A stretch of DNA of 62,000 nt from Squalus acanthias. Its lineage: Eukaryota. The notes under the pieces were generated by a model, which saw nothing but the letters and a program-made list of their open reading frames with translations, was not told the origin of the DNA and did no database searches. Location: the NCBI GenBank assembly GCA_030390025.1, contig JASTWF010000341.1, forward strand, positions 186,001 through 248,000, written 5' to 3'. The position numbers and the translations under genes are program-made. This document shows, in pieces, positions 13,933 through 28,900 of the stretch. Position 1 is the stretch's first letter. The number at the start of each line of letters is the position of its first letter.

Positions 13933-16900
13933 TTTTACTGTCGATCCTCAGCGTTAGTTTTACTGTCGATCCTCAGGATTAGTTTTACTGTCGATCCTCA
14001 GCGTTAGTTTTACTGTCGATCCGCAGCTTTAGTTTTACTGTCGATCCTCAGCATTAGATTTACTGTCGATCCTCAGCATTAATTTTACTGTCTATCCTCA
14101 GCATTAGATTTACTGTCGATCCTCAGCATTAGTTTTACTGTCGATCCTCAGCGTTAGTTTTACTGTCGATCCTCAGCGTTAGTTTTACTGTCGATCCGCA
14201 GCTTTAGTTTTACTGTCGGTCCGCAGAATTCTGTCTTCCTGTCGATCCTCAGGATTAATTTTACTCTCGATCCTCAGAATTAGTTTTACTGTCGATCCTC
14301 AGCATTAGTTTTACTGTCGATCATCAGCGTTAGTTTTACTGTCGATCCTCAGCGTTAGTTTTACTGTCGATCCGCAGCATTAGTTTTACTGTCGATCCTC
14401 GGCGTTCGTTTTACTGTCGATCCTCAGCATTACTTTTACTGTCGATCCGCAGCATCAGTTTTACTGTCGTTCCTCAGCATTAGTTTTACTGTCGATCCTC
14501 AGCATTAGTTTTACTGTCGATCCTCAGCGTTAGTTTTACTGTCGATCCTCAGCATTAGTTTTACTGTCGATCCTCAGCATCAGTTTTACTGTCGTTCCTC
14601 AGCGTTAGTTTTACTGCCGATCCTCAGCTTTAGTTTTACTGTCGGTCCGCAGAATTATGTTTTCCTGTCGATCCTCAGGATTAATTTTACTCTCGATCCT
14701 CAGAATTAGTTTTACTGTCGATCCTCAGCATTAATTTTAAAGTCGATCCTCAGGATTAGTTTTACTGTCGATCCTCAGCATTAATTTTACTGTCGATCCT
14801 CAGCATTAGTTTTACTGTCGATCCTCAGCATTCGTTTTACTGTCTTTCCTCAGCGTTAGTTTTACTGTCGATCCTCAGCATTAGTTTTTCTGTCGATCCT
14901 CAGCATTAGTTTTACTGTCGACCCTCAGCGTTAGTTTTACTGTCGATCATCAGCGCTAGTTTTACTGTCGATCATCAGCGTTAGTTTTATTATCGATCCG
15001 CAGCATTAGTTTTACTGTCGATTCTGAGCGTTAGTTTTACTGTCGATCCTCAGCATTAGTTTTACTGTCGATCCTCAGCATTACTTTTACTGTCGATCCT
15101 CAGCATTAGTTTTACTGTCGACCCTCAGCGTTAGTTTTACTGTCGATCATCAGCGTTAGTTTTACTGTCGATCCTCAGCGTTAGTTTTACTGTCGATCCG
15201 CAGCATTAGTTTTACTGTCGATCCTCGGCGTTCGTTTTACTGTCGATCCTCAGCATTACTTTTACTGTCGATCCGCAGCATCAGTTTTACTGTCGTTCCT
15301 CAGCATTAGTTTTACTGTCGATCCTCAGCATTAGTTTTACTGTCGATCCTCAGCGTTAGTTTTACTGTCGATCCTCAGCATTAGTTTTACTGTCGATCCT
15401 CAGCATCAGTTTTACTGTCGTTCCTCAGCAATAGTTTTACTGTCTATCCACAGCAAAAGTTTTAATGTCGATCCGCAGCAATAGTTTTACTGTCGATCCG
15501 CAGCTTTAGTTTTACTGTCGATCGTCAGCAATAGTTTTACTGTCGATCCGCAGCATTAGTTTTACTGTCGATCCTCAGCATCAGTTTTACTGTCTATCCT
15601 CAGGATTAGTTTTACTGTCGATCCGCAGCTTTAGTTTTACTGTCGATCGTCAGCAATAGTTTTACTGTCGATCCGCAGCAATAGTTTTACTGTCGATCCT
15701 CAGCATTAGATTTACTGTCGATCCTCAGCATTAGTTTTACTGTCGATCCTCACCCTTAGTTTTACTGACGATCCTCAGCATTAGTTTTACTGTCGATCCT
15801 CAGCATTAGTTTTACTGTCGATCCGCAGCATTAGTTTTACTGTCGATCCGCAGCATTAGTTTTACTGTCGATCCTCAGCATTAGTGTTACTGTCGATCCT
15901 CAGCATCAGTTTTACTGTCTATCCTCAGGATTAGTTTTACCAACGATCCTCAGCGTTAGTTTTACTGTCAATCCTCTGCATTCGTTTTACTGTCGATCCT
16001 CAGCATTCGTTTTACTGTCGATCCTCAGCGTTAGTTTTATTATCGATCCTCAGCGTTAGTTTTACTGTCGATCCGCAGCATTAGTTTTACTGTCGATTCT
16101 CAGCGTTAGTTTTACTGTCGATCCTCAGCATTAGTTTTACTGTCGATCATCAGCGTTAGTTTTACTGTCGATCCTCAGCGTTAGTTTTACTGTCGATCCG
16201 CAGCATTAGTTTTACTGTCGATCCTCGGCGTTCGTTTTACTGTCGATCCTCAGCATTACTTTTACTGTCGATCCGCAGCATCAGTTTTACTGTCGTTCCT
16301 CAGCATTAGTTTTACTGTCGATCCTCAGCATTAGTTTTACTGTCGATCCTCAGCGTTAGTTTTACTGTCGATCCTCAGCATTAGTTTTACTGTCGATCCT
16401 CAGCATCAGTTTTACTGTCGTTCCTCAGCGTTAGTTTTACTGCCGATCCTCAGCTTTAGTTTTACTGTCGGTCCGCAGAATTATGTTTTCCTGTCGATCC
16501 TCAGGATTAATTTTACTCTCGATCCTCAGAATTAGTTTTACTGTCGATCCTCAGCATTAATTTTAAAGTCGATCCTCAGGATTAGTTTTACTGTCGATCC
16601 TCAGCATTAATTTTACTGTCGATCCTCAGCATTAGTTTTACTGTCGATCCTCAGCATTCGTTTTACTGTCTTTCCTCAGCGTTAGTTTTACTGTCGATCC
16701 TCAGCATTAGTTTTTCTGTCGATCCTCAGCATTAGTTTTACTGTCGACCCTCAGCGTTAGTTTTACTGTCGATCATCAGCGCTAGTTTTACTGTCGATCA
16801 TCAGCGTTAGTTTTATTATCGATCCGCAGCATTAGTTTTACTGTCGATTCTGAGCGTTAGTTTTACTGTCGATCCTCAGCATTAGTTTTACTGTCGATCC

Positions 16901-19900
16901 TCAGCATTACTTTTACTGTCGATCCTCAGCATTAGTTTTACTGTCGACCCTCAGCGTTAGTTTTACTGTCGATCATCAGCGTTAGTTTTACTGTCGATCC
17001 TCAGCGTTAGTTTTACTGTCGATCCGCAGCATTAGTTTTACTGTCGATCCTCGGCGTTCGTTTTACTGTCGATCCTCAGCATTACTTTTACTGTCGATCC
17101 GCAGCATCAGTTTTACTGTCGTTCCTCAGCATTAGTTTTACTGTCGATCCTCAGCATTAGTTTTACTGTCGATCCTCAGCGTTAGTTTTACTGTCGATCC
17201 TCAGCATTAGTTTTACTGTCGATCCTCAGCATCAGTTTTACTGTCGTTCCTCAGCAATAGTTTTACTGTCTATCCACAGCAAAAGTTTTAATGTCGATCC
17301 GCAGCAATAGTTTTACTGTCGATCCGCAGCTTTAGTTTTACTGTCGATCGTCAGCAATAGTTTTACTGTCGATCCGCAGCATTAGTTTTACTGTCGATCC
17401 TCAGCATCAGTTTTACTGTCTATCCTCAGGATTAGTTTTACTGTCGATCCGCAGCTTTAGTTTTACTGTCGATCGTCAGCAATAGTTTTACTGTCGATCC
17501 GCAGCAATAGTTTTACTGTCGATCCTCAGCATTAGATTTACTGTCGATCCTCAGCATTAGTTTTACTGTCGATCCTCACCCTTAGTTTTACTGACGATCC
17601 TCAGCATTAGTTTTACTGTCGATCCTCAGCATTAGTTTTACTGTCGATCCGCAGCATTAGTTTTACTGTCGATCCGCAGCATTAGTTTTACTGTCGATCC
17701 TCAGCATTAGTGTTACTGTCGATCCTCAGCATCAGTTTTACTGTCTATCCTCAGGATTAGTTTTACCAACGATCCTCAGCGTTAGTTTTACTGTCAATCC
17801 TCTGCATTCGTTTTACTGTCGATCCTCAGCATTCGTTTTACTGTCGATCCTCAGCGTTAGTTTTATTATCGATCCTCAGCGTTAGTTTTACTGTCGATCC
17901 GCAGCATTAGTTTTACTGTCGATTCTCAGCGTTAGTTTTACTGTCGATCCTCAGCATTAGTTTTACTGTCGATCCTCAGCATTAGTTTTACTGTCGATCC
18001 GCAGCATTAGTTTTACTGTCGAACCTCAGCGTTAGTTTTACTGTCGATCCTCACCATTAGTTTTACTGTCGATCCTCAGCGTTAGTTTTACTGTCGATCA
18101 TCAGCGTTAGTTTTACTGTCGATCCACGGCAATAGTTTTACTGTCGATCATCAGCGTTAGTTTTACTGTCGATCCGCAGCCATACTTTTACTGTCGATCC
18201 TCAGCATTAGATTTACTGTCGATCCTCAGCGTTAGTTTTACTGTCGATCCTCAGCATTAGTTTTACTGTCGATCCGCAGCATTAGTTTTACTGTCGATCC
18301 TCAACGTTAGTTTTACTGACGATACTCAGCATTAGTTTTACTGTCGATCCGCAACATTAGTTTTACTGTCAATCCTCAGCATTAGTTTTACTGTCGATCC
18401 GCAGCATTAGTTTTATTGTCGATCCGCAGCATTAGTTTTACCAACGATCCTCGGCTTTAGTTTTACTGTCGATCCTCAGCGTTAGTTTTATTATCGATCC
18501 TCAGCGTTAGTTTTACTGTCGATCCGCAGCATTAGTTTTACTGTCGATTCTCAGCGTTAGTTTTACTGTCTATCCTCAGCATTAGTTTTACTGTCGATCC
18601 TCAGCATTAATTTTACTGTCGATCCTCAGCATTAATTTTACTGTCGATCCTCAGCGTTAGTTTTACTGTCGATCCTCAGCGTTAGTTTTACTGTCGATCC
18701 ACAGCATTAGTTTTACTGTCGATCCGCAGCGTTAGTTTTACTGTCGATCCTCAGCATTAGTTTAACTGTCGACCATCAGCGTTAGTTTTACTGTCGATCA
18801 TCAGCGCTACTTTTACTGTCGATCATCAGCGTTAGTTTTATTATCGATCCGCAGCATTAGTTTTACTGTCGATTCTCAGCGTTAGTTTTACTGTCGATCC
18901 TCAGCATTAGTTTTACTGACGATCTGCAGCATTAGTTTTACTGTCGATCCTCAGCATTACTTTTACTGTCGATCCTCAGCATTAGTTTTACTGTCGACCC
19001 TCAGCGTTAGTTTTACTGTCGATCATCAGCGTTAGTTTTATTATCGATCCTCAGCGTTAGTTTTACTGTCGATCCGCAGCATTAGTTTTACTGTCGATTC
19101 TCAGCGTTAGTTTTACTGTCGATCCTCAGCATTAGTTTTACTGTCGATCCTCAGCATTAGTTTTACTGTCGATCCGCAGCATTAGTTTTACTGTCGAACC
19201 TCAGCGCTAGTTTTACTGTCGATCCTCACCATTAGTTTTACTGTCGATCCTCAGCGTTAGTTTTACTGTCGATCATCAGCGTTAGTTTTACTGTCGATCC
19301 ACGGCAATAGTTTTACTGTCGATCATCAGCGTAAGTTTTACTGTCGATCCTCAGCGTTAGTTTTACTATCGATCCTCAGCATTAGTTTTACTGTCGATCC
19401 TCAGCATTAGTTTTACTGTCGATCCTCACCCTTAGTTTTACGATCGGTCCGCAGAATTATGTTTTCCTGTCGATCCTCAGGATTAATTTTACTCTCGATC
19501 CTCAGAATTAGTTTTACTGTCGATCCTCAGCATTAATTTTAAAGTCGATCCTCAGGATTAGTTTTACTGTCGATCCTCAGCATTAATTTTACTGTCGATC
19601 CTCAGCATTAGTTTTACTGTCGATCCTCAGCATTAGTTTTACTGTCGATCCTCAGCGTTAGTTTTACTGTCGATCCTCAGAATTAGTTTTACTGTCGATC
19701 CTCAGCATTAATTTTAAAGTCGATCCTCAGGATTAGTTTTACTGTCGATCCTCAGCATTAATTTTACTGTCGATCCTCAGCATTAGTTTTACTGTCGATC
19801 CTCAGCATTCGTTTTACTGTCTTTCCTCAGCGTTAGTTTTACTGTCGATCCACAGCATTAGTTTTACTGTCGATCCTCAGTGTTAGTTTTACTGTCGATC

Positions 19901-22900
19901 CTCAGCATTAGTTTTACTGTCGATCCTCAGCATTAGTTTTACTGTCGATCCTCAGTATTAGATTTACTGTCGATCCTCAGCATTAGATTTACTGTCGATC
20001 CTCAGCATTAGTTTTACTGTCGATCCTCAGCATTAGTTTTACTGTCGATCCTCAGCATTAGTTTTACTGACGATCTTCAGCATTAGTTTTACTGTCGATC
20101 CTCAGCGTTAGTTTTACTGTCGATGCACAGCATTAGTTTTACTGTCGATCCTCAGCATTAGTTTTACTGTCGATGCACAGCATTAGTTTTATTGTCGATC
20201 CTCAGCATTAGTTTTACTGTCGATCCTCAGCTTCAGTTTTACTGTCGATCCTCAGCGTTAGTTTTACTGACGATCCTCAGCATTAGTTTTACTGTCGATC
20301 CTCAGCGTTAGTTTTACTGTCGATCCGCAGCATTAGTTTTACTGTCGATCCGCAGCGTTAGTTTTACTGTCGATCCTCAGCTTTAGTTTTACTGTCGGTC
20401 CGCAGAATTAGTTTTACTGTCGATCCGCAGCGTTAGTTTTACTGTCGATCCTCAGCTTTAGTTTTACTGTCGGTCCGCAGAATTATGTTTTCCTGTCGAT
20501 CCTCAGGTTAATTTTACTCTCGATCCTCAGAATTAGTTTTACTGTCGATCCTCAGCATTAATTTTAAAGTCGATCCTCAGCGTTAGTTTTACTGTCGATC
20601 CTCAGCGTTAGTTTTACTGTCGATCCTCAGCATTAATTTTACTGTCGATCCTCAGCGTTAGTTTTACTGTCGATGCACAGCATTAGTTTTACTGTCGATC
20701 CTCAGCATTAGTTTTACTGTCGATGCACAGCATTAGTTTTACTGTCGATCCTCAGTATTAATTTTACAGTCGATCCTCAGCATTAATTTTACTGTCGATC
20801 CTCAGCATTAGTTTTACTGTCCATCCTCAGCATTAGTTTTACTGTCGATCCTCAGCATTAATTTTACTGTCGATCCTCAGCATTAATTTTACTGTCGAGC
20901 CTCAGCATTAATTTTCCTGTCGATCCTCAGCATTAGTTTTACTGTCGATCCTCAGCGTTAGTTTTACTGTCGATCCGCAGCATTAGTTTTACTGTCGATC
21001 CGCAGCGTTAGTTTTACTGTCGATCCTCAGCTTTAGTTTTACTGTCGGTCCGCAGAATTAGTTTTACTGTCGATCCGCAGCGTTAGTTTTACTGTCGATC
21101 CTCAGCTTTAGTTTTACTGTCGGTCCGCAGAATTATGTTTTCCTGTCGAACCTCAGGATAAATTTTACTCTCGATCCTCAGAATTAGTTTTACTGTCGAT
21201 CCTCAGCATTAATTTTAAAGTCGATGCGTAGGATTAGTTTTACTGTCGATCCTCAGCATTAATTTTACTGTCGATCCTCAGCATTAGTTTTACTGTCGAT
21301 CCTCAGCATTCGTTTTACTGTCGATCCTCAGCGTTAGTTTTACTGTCGATCCTCAGCATTAGTTTTACTGTCGATCCTCAGCATTAGTTTTACTGTCGAT
21401 CCGCAGCATTAGTTTTACTGTCGATCATCAGCGTTAGTTTTACTGTCGATCATCAGCGTTAGTTTTATTATCGATTCGCAGCATTAGTTTTACTGTCGAT
21501 TCTCAGCGTTAGTTTTACTCTCGATCCTCAGCATTAGTTTTACTGTCGATCTGCAGCATTAGTTTTACTGTCGATCCTCAGTTTTACTGTCGATCCTCAG
21601 CGTTAATTTTACTGTCGGTCCTCAGCGTTTGTTTTACTGTCGATCCGCAGTATTAGTTTAACTGTCGATCCTCAGCATAAGTTTTACTGTCAGTCGTCAG
21701 CATTAGTTTTACTGTCGATCCCCAGCTTTAGTTTCACTGTCGATCCTCAGCATTAGTTTTACTGTCGATGCGCAGCTTTAGTTTTAATGTCGATCCTCAG
21801 CGTTAGTTTCACTGTCGATCCTCAGCATTAGTTTCACTGTCGATCCTCAGCATTAGTTTTACTGTCGATGCGCAGCTTTAGTTTTACTGTCGATCCTCAG
21901 CGTTAGTTTTACTGTCGATTCTCAGCATTAGTTTTACCGTCGATCCTCAGGATTAGTTTTATTGTCGATCCTCAGCGTTAGTTTTACTGACGATCCTCAG
22001 CGTTAGTTTTACTGTCGATCCTCAGCTTCAGTTTTACTGTCGATCCTCAGCGTTAATTTTACTGTCGATCCTCAGCATTAGTTTTACTGTCGATCCACAG
22101 CATTAGTTTTACTGTCGATCCGCAGCGTTAGTTTTACTGTCGATCCTCAGCTTTAGTTTTACTGTCGGTCCGCAGAATTAGTTTTACTGTCGATCCGCAG
22201 CGTTAGTTTTACTGTCGATCCTCAGCTTTAGTTTTACTGTCGGTCCGCAGAATTATGTTTTCCTGTCGATCCTCAGATTAATTTTACTCTCGATCCTCAG
22301 AATTAGTTTTACTGTCGATCCTCAGCATTAATTTTAAAGTCGATCCTCAGCGTTAGTTTTACTGTCGATCCTCAGCGTTAGTTTTACTGTCGATCCTCAG
22401 CGTTAGTTTTACTGTCGATCCTCAGCATTAATTTTACTGTCGATCCTCAGCATTAGTTTTACTGTCGATCCTCAGTATTAATTTTACAGTCGATCCTCAG
22501 CATTAATTTTACTGTCGATCCTCAGCATTAGTTTTACTGTCCATCCTCAGCATTAGTTTTACTGTCGATCCTCAGCATTAATTTTACTGTCGATCCTCAG
22601 CATTAATTTTACTGTCGAGCCTCAGCATTAATTTTCCTGTCGATCCTCAGCATTAGTTTTACTGTCGATCCTCAGCGTTAGTTTTACTGTCGATCCACAG
22701 CATTAGTTTTACTGTCGATCCGCAGCGTTAGTTTTACTGTCGATCCTCAGCTTTAGTTTTACTGTCGGTCCGCAGAATTAGTTTTACTGTCGATCCGCAG
22801 CGTTAGTTTTACTGTCGATCCTCAGCTTTAGTTTTACTGTCGGTCCGCAGAATTAGTTTTACTGTCGATCTGCAGCGTTAGTTTTACTGTCGATCCTCAG

Positions 22901-25900
22901 CTTCAGTTTTACTGTCGGTCCGCAGAATTATGTTTTCCTGTCGAACCTCAGGATAAATTTTACTCTCGATCCTCAGAATTAGTTTTACTGTCGATCCTCA
23001 GCATTAATTTTCAAGTCGATGCGCAGGATTAGTTTTACTGTCGATCCTCAGCATTAATTTTACTGTCGATCCTCAGCATTAGTTTTACTGTCGATCCTCA
23101 GCATTCGTTTTACTGTCGATCCTCAGCGTTAGTTTTACTGTCGATCCTCAGCATTAGTTTTACTGTCGATCCTCAGCATTAGTTTTACTGTCGATCCGCA
23201 GCATTAGTTTTACTGTCGATCATCAGCGTTAGTTTTATTATCGATCCGCAGCATTAGTTTTACTGTCGATTCTCAGCGTTAGTTTTACTCTCGATCCTCA
23301 GCATTAGTTTTACTGTCGATCTGCAGCATTAGTTTTACTGTCGATCTTCAGTTTTACTGTCGATCCTCAGCGTTAATTTTACTGTCGGTCCTCAGCGTTT
23401 GTTTTACTGTCGATCCGCAGTATTAGTTTAACTGTCGATCCTCAGCATAAGTTTTACTGTCAGTCGTCAGCATTAGTTTTACTGTCGATCCCCAGCTTTA
23501 GTTTCACTGTCGATCCTCAGCATTAGTTTTACTGTCGATGCGCAGCTTTAGTTTTAATGTCGATCCTCAGCGTTAGTTTCACTGTCGATCCTCAGCGTTA
23601 GTTTCACTGTCGATCCTCAGCATTAGTTTCACTGTCGATCCTCAGCATTAGTTTTACTGTCGATGCGCAGCTTTAGTTTTAATGTCGATCCTCAGCGTTA
23701 GTTTCACTGTCGATCCTCAGCGTTAGTTTCACTGTCGATCCTCAGCATTAGTTTCACTGTCGATCCTCAGCATTAGTTTTACTGTCGATGCGCAGCTTTA
23801 GTTTTACTGTCGATCCTCAGCGTTAGTTTTACTGTCGATTCTCAGCATTAGTTTTACCGTCGATCCTCAGCATTAGTTTTACTGTCGATCCTCAGCATTA
23901 GTTTTACTGTCGATCCTCAGCATTAGTTTTACTGTCGATCCGTAGCATTCGTTTTACTGTCGATCCTCAGCATTAGTTTTACTGTCGATCCGCAGCATTA
24001 GTTTTACTGTCGATCCTCAGCATTAGTTTTACTGACGTTCCTCAACATTAGTTTTACTGACGTTCCTCAGCATTAGTTTTACTGTCGATCCTCAGCGTTA
24101 GTTTTACTCTCGTTCCTCAGCATTCGTTTTACTCTCGATCCTCAGCGTTAGTTTTACTGTCGATCCTCAGCGTTAGTTTTACTGTCGTTCCTCAGCATTA
24201 GTTTTACTGACATTCCTCAGCATTAGTTTTACTGTCGATCCTCAGCATTAGTTTTACTGTCGATCCGAAGCATTAGTTTTACTGTCGATCCGTAGCATTA
24301 GTTTTACTGTCGATCCTCAGCATCAGTTTTACTGTCGATCCACAGCATTCGTTTTACTGTCGATCCTCAGCACCAGTTTTACTGTCGATCCACAGCGTCA
24401 GTTTTACTGTCGATCCACAGCATTAGTTTTACTGTCGATCCACAGCATTAGTTTTACTGTCGATCCTCAGCATTAGTTTTACTGTCGATTCTCAGCATTC
24501 GTTTTACTGTCGATCCTCAGCATTAGTTTTACTGTCGATCCGCAGCATTAGTTTTACTGTCGATCCTCAGCTTTAGTTTTACTGACGATCCTCAGCATTA
24601 GTTTTACTGTCGATCCTCAGCATTAGTTTTACTGTCGATCCGCAGCATTAGTTTTACTGTCGATCCTCAGCGTTAGTTTTACTGTCGATCCTCAGGATTA
24701 GTTTTACTGTCGATCCTCAGCGTTAGTTTTACTGTCGATCCGCAGCTTTAGTTTTACTGTCGATCCTCAGCATTAGATTTACTGTCGATCCTCAGCATTA
24801 ATTTTACTGTCTATCCTCAGCATTAGATTTACTGTCGATCCTCAGCATTAGTTTTACTGTCGATCCTCAGCGTTAGTTTTACTGTCGATCCTCAGCGTTA
24901 GTTTTACTGTCGATCCGCAGCTTTAGTTTTACTGTCGGTCCGCAGAATTCTGTCTTCCTGTCGATCCTCAGGATTAATTTTACTCTCGATCCTCAGAATT
25001 AGTTTTACTGTCGATCCTCAGCATTAGTTTTACTGTCGATCATCAGCGTTAGTTTTACTGTCGATCCTCAGCGTTAGTTTTACTGTCGATCCGCAGCATT
25101 AGTTTTACTGTCGATCCTCGGCGTTCGTTTTACTGTCGATCCTCAGCATTACTTTTACTGTCGATCCGCAGCATCAGTTTTACTGTCGTTCCTCAGCATT
25201 AGTTTTACTGTCGATCCTCAGCATTAGTTTTACTGTCGATCCTCAGCGTTAGTTTTACTGTCGATCCTCAGCATTAGTTTTACTGTCGATCCTCAGCATC
25301 AGTTTTACTGTCGTTCCTCAGCGTTAGTTTTACTGCCGATCCTCAGCTTTAGTTTTACTGTCGGTCCGCAGAATTATGTTTTCCTGTCGATCCTCAGGAT
25401 TAATTTTACTCTCGATCCTCAGAATTAGTTTTACTGTCGATCCTCAGCATTAATTTTAAAGTCGATCCTCAGGATTAGTTTTACTGTCGATCCTCAGCAT
25501 TAATTTTACTGTCGATCCTCAGCATTAGTTTTACTGTCGATCCTCAGCATTCGTTTTACTGTCTTTCCTCAGCGTTAGTTTTACTGTCGATCCTCAGCAT
25601 TAGTTTTTCTGTCGATCCTCAGCATTAGTTTTACTGTCGACCCTCAGCGTTAGTTTTACTGTCGATCATCAGCGCTAGTTTTACTGTCGATCATCAGCGT
25701 TAGTTTTATTATCGATCCGCAGCATTAGTTTTACTGTCGATTCTGAGCGTTAGTTTTACTGTCGATCCTCAGCATTAGTTTTACTGTCGATCCTCAGCAT
25801 TACTTTTACTGTCGATCCTCAGCATTAGTTTTACTGTCGACCCTCAGCGTTAGTTTTACTGTCGATCATCAGCGTTAGTTTTACTGTCGATCCTCAGCGT

Positions 25901-28900
25901 TAGTTTTACTGTCGATCCGCAGCATTAGTTTTACTGTCGATCCTCGGCGTTCGTTTTACTGTCGATCCTCAGCATTACTTTTACTGTCGATCCGCAGCAT
26001 CAGTTTTACTGTCGTTCCTCAGCATTAGTTTTACTGTCGATCCTCAGCATTAGTTTTACTGTCGATCCTCAGCGTTAGTTTTACTGTCGATCCTCAGCAT
26101 TAGTTTTACTGTCGATCCTCAGCATCAGTTTTACTGTCGTTCCTCAGCAATAGTTTTACTGTCTATCCACAGCAAAAGTTTTAATGTCGATCCGCAGCAA
26201 TAGTTTTACTGTCGATCCGCAGCTTTAGTTTTACTGTCGATCGTCAGCAATAGTTTTACTGTCGATCCGCAGCATTAGTTTTACTGTCGATCCTCAGCAT
26301 CAGTTTTACTGTCTATCCTCAGGATTAGTTTTACTGTCGATCCGCAGCTTTAGTTTTACTGTCGATCGTCAGCAATAGTTTTACTGTCGATCCGCAGCAA
26401 TAGTTTTACTGTCGATCCTCAGCATTAGATTTACTGTCGATCCTCAGCATTAGTTTTACTGTCGATCCTCACCCTTAGTTTTACTGACGATCCTCAGCAT
26501 TAGTTTTACTGTCGATCCTCAGCATTAGTTTTACTGTCGATCCGCAGCATTAGTTTTACTGTCGATCCGCAGCATTAGTTTTACTGTCGATCCTCAGCAT
26601 TAGTGTTACTGTCGATCCTCAGCATCAGTTTTACTGTCTATCCTCAGGATTAGTTTTACCAACGATCCTCAGCGTTAGTTTTACTGTCAATCCTCTGCAT
26701 TCGTTTTACTGTCGATCCTCAGCATTCGTTTTACTGTCGATCCTCAGCGTTAGTTTTATTATCGATCCTCAGCGTTAGTTTTACTGTCGATCCGCAGCAT
26801 TAGTTTTACTGTCGATTCTCAGCGTTAGTTTTACTGTCGATCCTCAGCATTAGTTTTACTGTCGATCATCAGCGTTAGTTTTACTGTCGATCCTCAGCGT
26901 TAGTTTTACTGTCGATCCGCAGCATTAGTTTTACTGTCGATCCTCGGCGTTCGTTTTACTGTCGATCCTCAGCATTACTTTTACTGTCGATCCGCAGCAT
27001 CAGTTTTACTGTCGTTCCTCAGCATTAGTTTTACTGTCGATCCTCAGCATTAGTTTTACTGTCGATCCTCAGCGTTAGTTTTACTGTCGATCCTCAGCAT
27101 TAGTTTTACTGTCGATCCTCAGCATCAGTTTTACTGTCGTTCCTCAGCGTTAGTTTTACTGCCGATCCTCAGCTTTAGTTTTACTGTCGGTCCGCAGAAT
27201 TATGTTTTCCTGTCGATCCTCAGGATTAATTTTACTCTCGATCCTCAGAATTAGTTTTACTGTCGATCCTCAGCATTAATTTTAAAGTCGATCCTCAGGA
27301 TTAGTTTTACTGTCGATCCTCAGCATTAATTTTACTGTCGATCCTCAGCATTAGTTTTACTGTCGATCCTCAGCATTCGTTTTACTGTCTTTCCTCAGCG
27401 TTAGTTTTACTGTCGATCCTCAGCATTAGTTTTTCTGTCGATCCTCAGCATTAGTTTTACTGTCGACCCTCAGCGTTAGTTTTACTGTCGATCATCAGCG
27501 CTAGTTTTACTGTCGATCATCAGCGTTAGTTTTATTATCGATCCGCAGCATTAGTTTTACTGTCGATTCTGAGCGTTAGTTTTACTGTCGATCCTCAGCA
27601 TTAGTTTTACTGTCGATCCTCAGCATTACTTTTACTGTCGATCCTCAGCATTAGTTTTACTGTCGACCCTCAGCGTTAGTTTTACTGTCGATCATCAGCG
27701 TTAGTTTTACTGTCGATCCTCAGCGTTAGTTTTACTGTCGATCCGCAGCATTAGTTTTACTGTCGATCCTCGGCGTTCGTTTTACTGTCGATCCTCAGCA
27801 TTACTTTTACTGTCGATCCGCAGCATCAGTTTTACTGTCGTTCCTCAGCATTAGTTTTACTGTCGATCCTCAGCATTAGTTTTACTGTCGATCCTCAGCG
27901 TTAGTTTTACTGTCGATCCTCAGCATTAGTTTTACTGTCGATCCTCAGCATCAGTTTTACTGTCGTTCCTCAGCAATAGTTTTACTGTCTATCCACAGCA
28001 AAAGTTTTAATGTCGATCCGCAGCAATAGTTTTACTGTCGATCCGCAGCTTTAGTTTTACTGTCGATCGTCAGCAATAGTTTTACTGTCGATCCGCAGCA
28101 TTAGTTTTACTGTCGATCCTCAGCATCAGTTTTACTGTCTATCCTCAGGATTAGTTTTACTGTCGATCCGCAGCTTTAGTTTTACTGTCGATCGTCAGCA
28201 ATAGTTTTACTGTCGATCCGCAGCAATAGTTTTACTGTCGATCCTCAGCATTAGATTTACTGTCGATCCTCAGCATTAGTTTTACTGTCGATCCTCACCC
28301 TTAGTTTTACTGACGATCCTCAGCATTAGTTTTACTGTCGATCCTCAGCATTAGTTTTACTGTCGATCCGCAGCATTAGTTTTACTGTCGATCCGCAGCA
28401 TTAGTTTTACTGTCGATCCTCAGCATTAGTGTTACTGTCGATCCTCAGCATCAGTTTTACTGTCTATCCTCAGGATTAGTTTTACCAACGATCCTCAGCG
28501 TTAGTTTTACTGTCAATCCTCTGCATTCGTTTTACTGTCGATCCTCAGCATTCGTTTTACTGTCGATCCTCAGCGTTAGTTTTATTATCGATCCTCAGCG
28601 TTAGTTTTACTGTCGATCCGCAGCATTAGTTTTACTGTCGATTCTCAGCGTTAGTTTTACTGTCGATCCTCAGCATTAGTTTTACTGTCGATCCTCAGCA
28701 TTAGTTTTACTGTCGATCCGCAGCATTAGTTTTACTGTCGAACCTCAGCGTTAGTTTTACTGTCGATCCTCACCATTAGTTTTACTGTCGATCCTCAGCG
28801 TTAGTTTTACTGTCGATCATCAGCGTTAGTTTTACTGTCGATCCACGGCAATAGTTTTACTGTCGATCATCAGCGTTAGTTTTACTGTCGATCCGCAGCC

